A stretch of DNA of 64,000 nt, from positions 1 to 64,000 of the IMG/VR virus record IMGVR_UViG_3300000216_000003; one strand, given 5' to 3'. Source of the stretch: a virus. The position numbers were made by a program, and so were the translations under genes. Shown piece after piece: positions 18,627 to 27,603 of this stretch; position 1 is the stretch's first letter; every line of letters begins with the position of its first letter. Below the pieces are notes generated by a model, which did no database searches, was not told the DNA's origin, and saw only the letters and a list, made by a program, of their open reading frames with translations.

Positions 18627-19072
18627 TCTGTACTTCCTTGCGCATCTACTGCTTTATTAGCAAGCCTATCAACAAGATTATTAAGAGGATCGTTAGCATG
18701 AGCTTTTACCCAATGGTATTTAACGGTGAGTTTTTGATCTAATGCATCTAATTCTTTCCACATTTCTACATTCTTAACCGGTTTTCCAGCAGCAGTCTTC
18801 CAACCTTTAGCCTTCCAATTTTTAAGCCACTGACTCATTCCCATTTTTACTAAATTACTATCAGTATAAACATTGATTGGAATAGATGGTGATTGAACCG
18901 CCTCTAATCCTTTAATAACAGCCATTAGTTCCATTTGATTATTAGTAGCATGTGGAACATATCCATTAAGACGTTTTTCATATTGTTTATATTTTAAATA
19001 TACACCCCATCCACTTTTACCTGGATTATTACGGCTTGCTCCATCACAATACAATATGATAAAATCACTCAT
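18623..19072 (-). CDS. rnhA: Ribonuclease HI
   Basis: YCDGASRNNPG, TNNQMEL, YTDS, WKAKGWKT, WVKAH, N.LVDRLA. Confidence 0.95.
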   Translation of the reverse strand: MSDFIILYCDGASRNNPGKSGWGVYLKYKQYEKRLNGYVPHATNNQMELMAVIKGLEAVQSPSIPINVYTDSNLVKMGMSQWLKNWKAKGWKTAAGKPVKNVEMWKELDALDQKLTVKYHWVKAHANDPLNNLVDRLANKAVDAQGSTE

Positions 19073-19297
19073 TTAATTCCATCCTTTTTTCAAAATAGCA
19101 GTCACAATATCTAAAGCTTCTTGATAATATTCATGGTTTTTATTCTTCTTATGCATATGTTTTTTTAACCAAACTGGAGAATTACTTCTTTCATTAGGCA
19201 ATTCCATTTCTTTAACTAATTTTTCAAGACGTTTAAACAATTGAGGCTTATTATCTATATCCACTTGAATTCCTTGTTTATTACAATGTGATACCAT
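19073..19297 (-). CDS. Hypothetical protein
   Basis: ORF within operon; start uncertain. Confidence 0.6.
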   Translation of the reverse strand: MVSHCNKQGIQVDIDNKPQLFKRLEKLVKEMELPNERSNSPVWLKKHMHKKNKNHEYYQEALDIVTAILKKGWN

Positions 19298-19488
19298 CCA
19301 TCTACTCCATGATGTCTAAAGAAATTTGCTGAGTATCTAGAAATAGGGATGGTATCTCCACCTTTAGTAACTATGTATAACTTATTATTCTTCTTGTATG
19401 TATTATCAACAAATATATCACAGAATGGGACAGTGTATAATGTCTTTTGAATAAATTTAATCGTCCGAAGACGTTCTGTTCTTGTCAT
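19255..19488 (-). CDS. Hypothetical protein
   Basis: ORF within operon. Confidence 0.55.
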   Translation of the reverse strand: MTRTERLRTIKFIQKTLYTVPFCDIFVDNTYKKNNKLYIVTKGGDTIPISRYSANFFRHHGVDGWYHIVINKEFKWI

Positions 19489-19846
19489 ATTCTTTTATTA
19501 ATTTATGAATTAAAATAATAGTATCTGGTAAATGTTCTGGTGATTGTTCAACCACATTATCAATAATCTCAGATTCTTCAAATCCTAATTGTTGGTCTAC
19601 ACAAAAATCTTCACTATATATTTCGGGATTTAATGTAATTCTAGGAATATCATTAATATTTTCTAATAAATATTCAGTATAGAATAAAGCTTTTTCTACA
19701 TCTTCTTTCCCATTCTTCCATCTATGCCGAGATATATATTTAACAATATTACCTCTATAAAAATCAAGGGTTTGATCAAGAATAAAGTCTATTACTTCAA
19801 TTTTGCCTTTATTATAGTGATCCGGATGTTTTACTTTATCAGCCAT
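19457..19846 (-). CDS. DUF3310 (SaV / T7 gp1.7 nucleotide-kinase-like) protein
   Basis: VKHPDHYNKGKIEVIDFI..GNIVKYISR..KNGKEDVEKA. Confidence 0.85.
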   Translation of the reverse strand: MADKVKHPDHYNKGKIEVIDFILDQTLDFYRGNIVKYISRHRWKNGKEDVEKALFYTEYLLENINDIPRITLNPEIYSEDFCVDQQLGFEESEIIDNVVEQSPEHLPDTIILIHKLIKEYDKNRTSSDD

Positions 19847-19896
19847 GTTTTCAATTCCTTTATATATATATTATTAATTAGAAAACGTAATTAATA

Positions 19897-20214
19897 ATGG
19901 AGAAATGTATGTTTACAAAATGTAAGGTATTAGAAATAACAGATGAAGAAATGAATGCAATGATGCATGACGATGGATCTGAATTTAATGGAATCGATAA
20001 GTCTATAAATATACCATCATATGATCACTTAATTCTTCGATTTGGCAATCCATATAAATATGAAGAATATAATATGTGGAAATTAGAATTACCAGATCAA
20101 AGAATTATTTATATATGTTATTATTTAGATCGAGAAACTCCCAATATAGAAATTGCCATAAATTATGTATCTTATCTAAATGATATATTCGACACCCTAT
20201 TCCGAAAGGAGTAG
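19897..20214 (+). CDS. Hypothetical protein, family E (D.L.L.FG.P)
   Basis: YDHLILRFGNPY..WKLE; hairpin terminator at 20193-20220. Confidence 0.7.
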   Translation: MEKCMFTKCKVLEITDEEMNAMMHDDGSEFNGIDKSINIPSYDHLILRFGNPYKYEEYNMWKLELPDQRIIYICYYLDRETPNIEIAINYVSYLNDIFDTLFRKE

Positions 20215-20218
20215 GGTT

Positions 20219-21085
20219 TTATTTCTTATCATATACCTCTTCATATACATCCATTAAGATTGGGTATTTCTTTTTAACCATTTCATACGCAGTCATAGCA
20301 TAATCACGAATCTCAACCTGAGCATGATCATCACATCGTAAGCCAAAGAAATTACTCAAGCTTCTAAAATTAACAGTCCAGTATAAATCGGTATAAGTTG
20401 CGACAGGCATTACATTACGAATCAATTCTCGGGCTCTAGCTCTAGCACCCTTAATATTAATAGGATACTTTCCAGTGCCTTTACAATATTCACATTCTTC
20501 CCGCAAATGTTCTGGAATTTCAATTTTACCTTGAAATACTCCAGTTGAATTACAGTGAGGGCATGCGGCTTCAGATTGCACAGCAATTCTATCATACATC
20601 TGTGCAAGTTTCTCTTTGTGAAATTTATAAGTATTAGAAATTACTCGTTCATATTGTTCTAAATCTTGATCTGTTAATAGTTCAAGACCATCGAATGTTA
20701 TATGATCTTGATCTGGAATATAAAATTCATCAAGGGGAGTTCTATACCGTTGACTATATTCATTAAAACTACTAATACGATGTCGAATCCATTGACGGGC
20801 AACGAATAAAGGCATCACAATTCTAAATCTAAAATATAATGTTTCGAATGGGGTACCATGATTATTTTTAAGTAGGTGAGTTAATAATTTAATATCTTTA
20901 TCTTTAATATCTTTAATGTTATAAATCTTAGTATTTGAAGTAGATACTCTTGCATTATTTAGAATTTCTGCTTCATCACCCCAACTGGATTCAAGTTCAA
21001 TAAATCCAGAATTGTGTACTTTTTTAGCAAATGTTGGATTTGTTTTAACTTTAAGGGCTATTTCATCTTGTAATGATTTATTCAT
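20219..21085 (-). CDS. thyX: Flavin-dependent thymidylate synthase with inserted CxxC-CxxC Zn finger
   Basis: ARVS, HGTPFE, RHRISSFNEYSQRY (RHRx7SxR), NFRSL..LR, HAQVEIR. Confidence 0.93.
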   Translation of the reverse strand: MNKSLQDEIALKVKTNPTFAKKVHNSGFIELESSWGDEAEILNNARVSTSNTKIYNIKDIKDKDIKLLTHLLKNNHGTPFETLYFRFRIVMPLFVARQWIRHRISSFNEYSQRYRTPLDEFYIPDQDHITFDGLELLTDQDLEQYERVISNTYKFHKEKLAQMYDRIAVQSEAACPHCNSTGVFQGKIEIPEHLREECEYCKGTGKYPINIKGARARARELIRNVMPVATYTDLYWTVNFRSLSNFFGLRCDDHAQVEIRDYAMTAYEMVKKKYPILMDVYEEVYDKK

Positions 21086-21248
21086 GGTGAACCTCTGGCT
21101 TTGAAATATATGATTTTTTTATGATGACTGGCATTTGTTGCATAATAAACTCAATATCTGATTTATTTAATCCCATACTAAAAAGAAATCCAATAACATT
21201 CCGGGCTAATTCAAATGCTTTAATTTTACCTATAGTTCTATTTTCCAT
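21078..21248 (-). CDS. Small hypothetical protein (56 aa)
   Basis: Manual: MENRTIGKIKAFELARN...PEVHHE*; fills the operon gap. Confidence 0.55.
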   Translation of the reverse strand: MENRTIGKIKAFELARNVIGFLFSMGLNKSDIEFIMQQMPVIIKKSYISKPEVHHE

Positions 21249-21960
21249 TTTGAATTTGTTCTAACTCCATTAACATCTTTAAATTTTGTTTAATCATATG
21301 ATTACTGTATATATTTTTCGCTACTAATTTTCCGGTCTTTCCAGCTTCATATTTGGTAAACATAATAAACCCAATACTATTCTTTATATTATTAAGTTCC
21401 TTTTCTTTTTTTAATAATGCCAATGTTAATATTTCTATTTCTTCTAATAATTTTTCAGGTTCACATTCTTTTAAATCATTAAATAGATCAGTAATAGTTA
21501 ATCCATCTTTTAATTGATTCCATATATCAGACAATGCTTTAAAATCAAAAATAATATACGCATCATTCGCAATCTTAAATAACCCTATTAACTCTTCACT
21601 AGTAGTCATATCAGGATGGCATTTTTTAGAAATATCTCTAAATAATGATTTACATTTGCTACGAGTTATTTTATCAACTACTATTTTCGGTTCTTCTGCT
21701 AATTGAAAATTTGGATTATGTTCATTCGGCTTATTCTTTAATCTTTTAATATTCTCTTCATCTAATTGTCTTTTTATTTCTATTTGATCATCCATAAATG
21801 ATGGATTCTCTTTTCGAAGAGAACTTAAACACGATTCTATATTGGTTAGTGTTTCATCTGTTGACTGTTGTATAGTATCTATATGTTTTTTAATCTTTAT
21901 TATTTTTTGATAATATTGAGCAGATTGAATAATAACAGGAACCATATTTAACCCGGCCAC
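21238..21960 (-). CDS. J-domain co-chaperone-like protein
   Basis: LFRDISKKCHPD..LFKIANDAY, flanked by coiled coils. Confidence 0.75.
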   Translation of the reverse strand: MAGLNMVPVIIQSAQYYQKIIKIKKHIDTIQQSTDETLTNIESCLSSLRKENPSFMDDQIEIKRQLDEENIKRLKNKPNEHNPNFQLAEEPKIVVDKITRSKCKSLFRDISKKCHPDMTTSEELIGLFKIANDAYIIFDFKALSDIWNQLKDGLTITDLFNDLKECEPEKLLEEIEILTLALLKKEKELNNIKNSIGFIMFTKYEAGKTGKLVAKNIYSNHMIKQNLKMLMELEQIQNGK

Positions 21961-24638
21961 TTTGACTTGATCGCATATGCTTTAGCATTGATAGATGTTA
22001 ATAAATCTAACATATTACTTATCTCTGAATAATATATACCATCAAATGAGTCATCTTTTATATTTGATTTAATTATAGCTAAATAGTTATTAGATTTATC
22101 ATATATTGTCTTAGCTATTCTAGTTTGCACTTGTTTTTGATCTATAATTTTAGCTATTTCAATAACAGTATTACTAAGAACTTCTATAGACTCTTTAAAT
22201 ACATTATACACTTTAATAGTTGATCCTGTACTTGTTTCTGGTATAGGAATAGAACTGCCATTTATTTTATAATCTATTAAGGCCACTTTTAATGAATTTA
22301 ATTGAACTTCTCTTTCATTAGAATCCCATCCAGTAAATCCAATTTCTTTCATTGTTACTCCAGTTTTAGACTTACTAATAACAATTGTCGGATTTAATTT
22401 TATTGGGGTTTTAAGAACCGGTGCATTAGTTTTTTCTTCATCATCGATTCTAATTTGTTCTTTTCTTTCGGCATTTTCTTTAGCAACTACAGCCTTTTTT
22501 CTAGCATTCACTAATTGATATTTAGCGAATCTCAAATGACTTACTTTTAATATATCACTATCTGGATTAGTTGGATTTAGATTTGAAATACTACTACTAA
22601 TAGAAGAGGCATTCGAACTAATATCTATATTTGATACAGATTCTAATGCAGAAACTAAAGTATCATTATTACCAGAATGTATAGCGGTACCTACTTCAAT
22701 TGCTTCTAAACTACTTAATAATTGATCTTGAGTAGTGCAATCTCGTATGTTTGTATTGAGGGATTCAATTATTAACGTTTTTCTTTGAGATGAATTACAT
22801 CTATTATTCATATTTTTTAATTCAGAAACAATAAAACCTGCTTTTTCTTGTATTGATTCCATATAACTTAACACGGCAGACTCAGACATAAGAGCAGCAT
22901 TAATAGCACCAGATGCTTCAATCTTTATATTATTGAAAACTTGAATAGTCTCTTCAGCTGTTGATCCAGTTGTTATTTTATTTTGTCCAGTTATTGAGTT
23001 AATTCTCGATTTCATAATACTGGTTACTGAATTATATATAGTACTACTATTTAACATCGCAATATTTGAAGATATCTCTACATCACCATTCTCTAGATTA
23101 GAAATATAAGAGCCAACAGATTCTGTAGATGATCCACAGTCTGCGACTCCATTCATAAATGTTTCAGCTTGTTCTGGGCATAGTGTACTAAGACTTATTG
23201 AAAGATTTGAAATTTCATTGCTGCGAATATATGTATCTAAACTTGATATTTTATAACTTAAATCTGAAATTTGAGAATCTAATTCTCCGATACTTTCAGT
23301 AGCTGCAGATATAGTTCCAGTATTAACTTCACTTTCTATATCACCAATAGTAGTAACTGCATCTTTTATTTTATCAATTGCCCCACCCACCATAGTAGAA
23401 GCAGCATCTTGACAGTCTCGTTGAGATTGTGAATTACCTTTACCTGATTGAATGGCAGATAAGACATTAGAAAGGGATGAATTTAAATTTTTAGTTGAAC
23501 ATCTTAATACTGAAGCACCACACTTATTAAGTACATCTTTTATTTCTTTTGGAAGAGAAGAAGATAATTTATCTAATTCAGAACCTAAGACTGCTGACGC
23601 ACTTGGTAATACTTTTTTAGCTATATTAGCTGCTGCCGAAGCACCAGCCTTACCAATAGTATTTTTCAGTTCTTCGAAAGTTGTTGATGTTGCTTTTTGT
23701 AAAGATGTTGCACTTGGGGCTGCTGATGTTGATATTGCTTTAGCCGCAGTCGCTGGATTAAATGGTAACGGTTCTGATGAAACAGGAATATCTCTACCTC
23801 CAGCCATCGCATCTTTTAATCCAGAAGCAGCACTAGAAACAGTCTCTGCTATATCATTAAGACTAACATTTGATAAATTAATACCAGCCATACTTCCAAG
23901 GGTTGGAATTGAAGGAATTTGTATGCCTCCAATCTTTGGCATACCAATCCCTCCCAAGTCCGGCATTGTAACAGAACCGCAAGGACTATCACTTTTTCCT
24001 TGAAAAATACTTCCAACTGCACTTAGACTTTTAGAAGCGCTTTCAAATACAGTATTTAAAGATTTTGATTGGTTTAATACGGAATCTGCTATACCATTAC
24101 TACTATCTAAATTTTTACCTAATGTATTTTGCACACTAGAGGAAATATCTGACATATTAAATCCAAGAGTATTTGCAATAACATTAATATTACCATTTTT
24201 ATTAGCTAAATTAATACTATTAAGGGCAGTTGAAATATCAACGGCACTAGATATCATATCTTTATTATCAGGGGTTGATAAAAGCTGGATGTCATTAGAT
24301 GACATTCTAGATGATTCAACTTTCTCCCTTTCTAAATTAGATAATAATGTATCAAATTTTAGTTTTTGATAACTTAACAGGGTTGAAATTTCCGATATTT
24401 GAGTTGCATTAAGATTAGTGTCGGCTTGTAGATTTGTTGTAATTATAGAAAATTTAGTATTTTGTATAATAGCAATATCATAAGCAGCATTAAGAGCTTT
24501 TCCTTTATACTCAAATGCAATATCTGAGATCCTATCTCTAAGATCTGATAACTCAGTAGATTGTCCATTATAACCTATATAAGTTCCATAAATATTTGTA
24601 ATCTCATTAGATAGATTATAAAAATCTAAACTTGTCAT
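21948..24638 (-). CDS. Large S/N/A-rich helical protein, possibly a virion component
   Basis: 896-aa ORF, low complexity, P/G-rich segment; no catalytic motif recognised. Confidence 0.6.
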   Translation of the reverse strand: MTSLDFYNLSNEITNIYGTYIGYNGQSTELSDLRDRISDIAFEYKGKALNAAYDIAIIQNTKFSIITTNLQADTNLNATQISEISTLLSYQKLKFDTLLSNLEREKVESSRMSSNDIQLLSTPDNKDMISSAVDISTALNSINLANKNGNINVIANTLGFNMSDISSSVQNTLGKNLDSSNGIADSVLNQSKSLNTVFESASKSLSAVGSIFQGKSDSPCGSVTMPDLGGIGMPKIGGIQIPSIPTLGSMAGINLSNVSLNDIAETVSSAASGLKDAMAGGRDIPVSSEPLPFNPATAAKAISTSAAPSATSLQKATSTTFEELKNTIGKAGASAAANIAKKVLPSASAVLGSELDKLSSSLPKEIKDVLNKCGASVLRCSTKNLNSSLSNVLSAIQSGKGNSQSQRDCQDAASTMVGGAIDKIKDAVTTIGDIESEVNTGTISAATESIGELDSQISDLSYKISSLDTYIRSNEISNLSISLSTLCPEQAETFMNGVADCGSSTESVGSYISNLENGDVEISSNIAMLNSSTIYNSVTSIMKSRINSITGQNKITTGSTAEETIQVFNNIKIEASGAINAALMSESAVLSYMESIQEKAGFIVSELKNMNNRCNSSQRKTLIIESLNTNIRDCTTQDQLLSSLEAIEVGTAIHSGNNDTLVSALESVSNIDISSNASSISSSISNLNPTNPDSDILKVSHLRFAKYQLVNARKKAVVAKENAERKEQIRIDDEEKTNAPVLKTPIKLNPTIVISKSKTGVTMKEIGFTGWDSNEREVQLNSLKVALIDYKINGSSIPIPETSTGSTIKVYNVFKESIEVLSNTVIEIAKIIDQKQVQTRIAKTIYDKSNNYLAIIKSNIKDDSFDGIYYSEISNMLDLLTSINAKAYAIKSKWPG

Positions 24639-24648
24639 GCTCTACCCC

Positions 24649-24981
24649 TTAATATTCTTGAATACAAGCCCCTAATAATTTTTTAATCCACTTAGGCCGT
24701 GGAGTTGTATTCCGTTCAATTTCTAATAGTTTATGTAAAATATCATAAATAACAGGTACTTCAGGAGTGATCTTAACACCAGTAATAATCGGAGTTTCTA
24801 ACCCTTCTATTGATTTTGCATATCCAGTTTTTCTATTAAACATATCTCTTGGACTACAATAACTAACACCAACATCAAGAGTATTATCTTCTTTTTTACG
24901 GGTAGCAATTGTAATTGTTCCCATTGTAAAATGTGTATGTTGATCATTAAGTAGTCGTAAATGTCGAACTCTAGTAATCAT
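24649..24981 (-). CDS. Conserved phage hypothetical protein
   Basis: GVSYCSPRDMFNRKTG motif. Confidence 0.7.
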   Translation of the reverse strand: MITRVRHLRLLNDQHTHFTMGTITIATRKKEDNTLDVGVSYCSPRDMFNRKTGYAKSIEGLETPIITGVKITPEVPVIYDILHKLLEIERNTTPRPKWIKKLLGACIQEY

Positions 24982-25284
24982 TTAATTGCTCCACTTATAG
25001 TAACAATGATTATAAATTGTTAAACGTAAATCGCGATTTGTTTTAATTAGTGTATTATTACCCGGAAAATTATTAGATATTACAAATTGATCTTTTCCAG
25101 GTATATAATTATTATCATATATTGAATATGTATTTGTAGCTATTAATTGCTTTTTACCAGTTCTAATTAAATATTTATAGTATTTATCTGCATTATAGAA
25201 TTTGCCTTTAAAACAAATAGTAAATATCTCAGATGCATGTACATTTAGAGTAAATAATAAAGAAAATATAAGTGCGTATATCAT
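24982..25284 (-). CDS. Secreted/periplasmic hypothetical protein
   Basis: Signal peptide ending VHA|SE. Confidence 0.6.
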   Translation of the reverse strand: MIYALIFSLLFTLNVHASEIFTICFKGKFYNADKYYKYLIRTGKKQLIATNTYSIYDNNYIPGKDQFVISNNFPGNNTLIKTNRDLRLTIYNHCYYKWSN

Positions 25285-26615
25285 GTATTAATCTCTACAA
25301 TTTGGTTAGTTTTAAATTCAGATTTAAAAATATTTGTTTTAACTTTAATAGATGATATAAACAAATCATCAAAAGCAGTATCTATTAAATCAAATATAAC
25401 TGGCTGCTTCTTCCCTTTACATATTCGCAGTACTCTACCAGACGTTTGAATTACACTTGTTTTACCTTTTAAAGGGCATGCTAATAATAAAGCAGAAAGA
25501 GCTTTATAATCAAATCCAGCTGAAGCATATCTACTAGTCGCTACTAATAATGTATCATCTTCTTGATCCACTTCTCGTTGTTCACTAAAAAATGGTCTTG
25601 CATTTAACCCTTTATTTATAAGCATAGCAGTAATCGTTTCTACTTGTTTTTTCGTACTAACAATAATAATTAAACGATGGCCTACCTCCATACATTTACT
25701 TGAGATTCGATATATATTATCTAAATACTTTTCACTTTGAAGTATAATACTATTATGAAAAGCGACTTTTTTAATATAATCTCCCATATAATGCATTTTT
25801 CGCTTATACTTCGGCCCAAGTCCTGAATCATATTTTACAAAGTTAATTTTCGGTGTCATATCATAGTCTTTAACAACATATAATATGTCTCCAATCGTTC
25901 CCTTTAATAATAATTCATTTATACCTCTAACATATGGAGTAGCAGTTAATCCTACTATATTTAAGGTATTTAGCAATAATGAACTTGTTGCAAATTTTCC
26001 AGCTGATGATGTCTTATGTACTTCATCATAGAATACTAAATCATATCCAGCATCTCTAATTTTTACATACCATTCTTTAAGATCAGTCTTTACTTTTGAT
26101 AATAAAGTTTGTACCATTGCAATTGCAACTGGTTTATCTGTTTCAAATTTCTTTCCTTGTATAATACCAATATCATCTTCCTCTAATGACGTAAACTGAG
26201 TATATGCATCAATCCACTGTTCCATTAGTTTAGTATTATCAAGAATAATTAAAGTTTTTTTCTTTAGTTTTGAAGTAAGGAATGCGGCTGAGAATGTCTT
26301 ACCAAATCCAGGACTAGCTTGAAATAACCCACCAATATTTCCATTTTGATTATAATAATCAAGTAAATATTTAAGGGCTGCTTTTTGGCCAGATCTAACG
26401 TCAGCAGTAGATTCAATTTCTATTGTTTGAGGTTTAAATTCAGCATCAACATGATTAAATATTAATGGTGTCGGATAGTCTTTATTAAAATATCGTGGTA
26501 ATATATAGTGTGTCGGTGTTTCATGTAATAAGAATTCTTGATCTGCAAAATTGTACAAAGCAGGGTACTGATTTAATAATTGAGGCAAATCATTTTTATT
26601 AAGTAATGTCCACAT
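25281..26615 (-). CDS. Superfamily 2 helicase (UvsW-like)
   Basis: ASPGFGKT, DEVH, GLTATP, GFD, QTSGRVLR. Confidence 0.92.
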   Translation of the reverse strand: MWTLLNKNDLPQLLNQYPALYNFADQEFLLHETPTHYILPRYFNKDYPTPLIFNHVDAEFKPQTIEIESTADVRSGQKAALKYLLDYYNQNGNIGGLFQASPGFGKTFSAAFLTSKLKKKTLIILDNTKLMEQWIDAYTQFTSLEEDDIGIIQGKKFETDKPVAIAMVQTLLSKVKTDLKEWYVKIRDAGYDLVFYDEVHKTSSAGKFATSSLLLNTLNIVGLTATPYVRGINELLLKGTIGDILYVVKDYDMTPKINFVKYDSGLGPKYKRKMHYMGDYIKKVAFHNSIILQSEKYLDNIYRISSKCMEVGHRLIIIVSTKKQVETITAMLINKGLNARPFFSEQREVDQEDDTLLVATSRYASAGFDYKALSALLLACPLKGKTSVIQTSGRVLRICKGKKQPVIFDLIDTAFDDLFISSIKVKTNIFKSEFKTNQIVEINT

Positions 26616-26944
26616 TAGCTCATCTGTAGTATCCGTTTATTAATTGTTTGTTTCTCATATTCATCTGATAATTTGGAATATAAATCTTTTAATATGGGTA
26701 TAAATATTTCACCATATGTTATACATATATCATCAACAGTAAACATAATTACTGAAGTATCTTGATTTTCTTCAGTATTTAATCTAATACTAGTTGGAAT
26801 ACATGTATCTTTAAAATGTCCAGATGCTCCATTAGGAACATTAACTTCTATCCCATATAAATAAGCCCATTTATCATTATAACTATACTCTATATATCCA
26901 TATTTAAATTTACATTTTTGAAGTAGGTTTGAATTATTTTTCAT
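26615..26944 (-). CDS. Hypothetical protein, C-tagged
   Basis: Ends INKRILQMS. Confidence 0.7.
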   Translation of the reverse strand: MKNNSNLLQKCKFKYGYIEYSYNDKWAYLYGIEVNVPNGASGHFKDTCIPTSIRLNTEENQDTSVIMFTVDDICITYGEIFIPILKDLYSKLSDEYEKQTINKRILQMS

Positions 26945-27290
26945 CTAGCAGTAGCTTAGAACAAGTATTCTTTATATTTGAATCATTCGAGTATTCAAGA
27001 GCGAATCTAATAAGAGATTCTTCATCGGGACTATTAATATAAGGCATTTCTTCTCGTATAATATCAAATATTTTCGGTCCTACAGCACATATACCAATTT
27101 TAAATACTAACTCTTTTAGGTTTTTATTTTCCGCTTCTAGTATATCTAATTTAGTTAATCCAGTACTATTAGCAACTGTATTTACTGCATTTGAAAATTT
27201 GGCTCCAACTCCAGTTATTGCATTATGTTGTATACCATCTAATACATTTCCCATTATTTCCTCTACTTCGTATGTAATATCAAGGCTCAT
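26934..27290 (-). CDS. Hypothetical protein, C-tagged
   Basis: Ends CSKLLLDEK. Confidence 0.7.
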   Translation of the reverse strand: MSLDITYEVEEIMGNVLDGIQHNAITGVGAKFSNAVNTVANSTGLTKLDILEAENKNLKELVFKIGICAVGPKIFDIIREEMPYINSPDEESLIRFALEYSNDSNIKNTCSKLLLDEK

Positions 27291-27601
27291 AGTAACTCCA
27301 ATATTCGTTTAGTAATCGAATTCTTATCATCTTTACTTAATTCTAACTTATCAAAACAATCTCGCAACCATATAACTTCAATATCTGCATTAGTAAATGA
27401 AAAACATTTATCTTTATACAACTCGTATCTATCTTTACTATTTTTTATCTGGTATTTTAAATATTTAGAGACATTCATCTTTAAATTATCTTCGACGATT
27501 TCCAATGGGGGAGGATCTAGATTGCCCATTACTATTGTGCCCATATTATTAGGAATAGCAATAACATTCGGATCTCCTGGTGGTGGATATATATTAGACA
27601 T
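27287..27601 (-). CDS. Hypothetical protein, C-tagged
   Basis: Ends ITKRILELL. Confidence 0.7.
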   Translation of the reverse strand: MSNIYPPPGDPNVIAIPNNMGTIVMGNLDPPPLEIVEDNLKMNVSKYLKYQIKNSKDRYELYKDKCFSFTNADIEVIWLRDCFDKLELSKDDKNSITKRILELL

Positions 27602-27603
27602 AT

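Noticed and set aside
23452-24003. Antisense and alternative-frame ORFs in the track (e.g. 455, 1979, 6254, 17659, 18124, 23452, 30640, 40671, 47436, 61971, 62278, 63712)
   Set aside because: They are shadows of well-supported genes, with no SD, promoter or motif support.
21948-24638. Tape measure protein call
   Set aside because: Composition is suggestive, but there are no flanking tail genes and no recognisable periodic motif; left as hypothetical.
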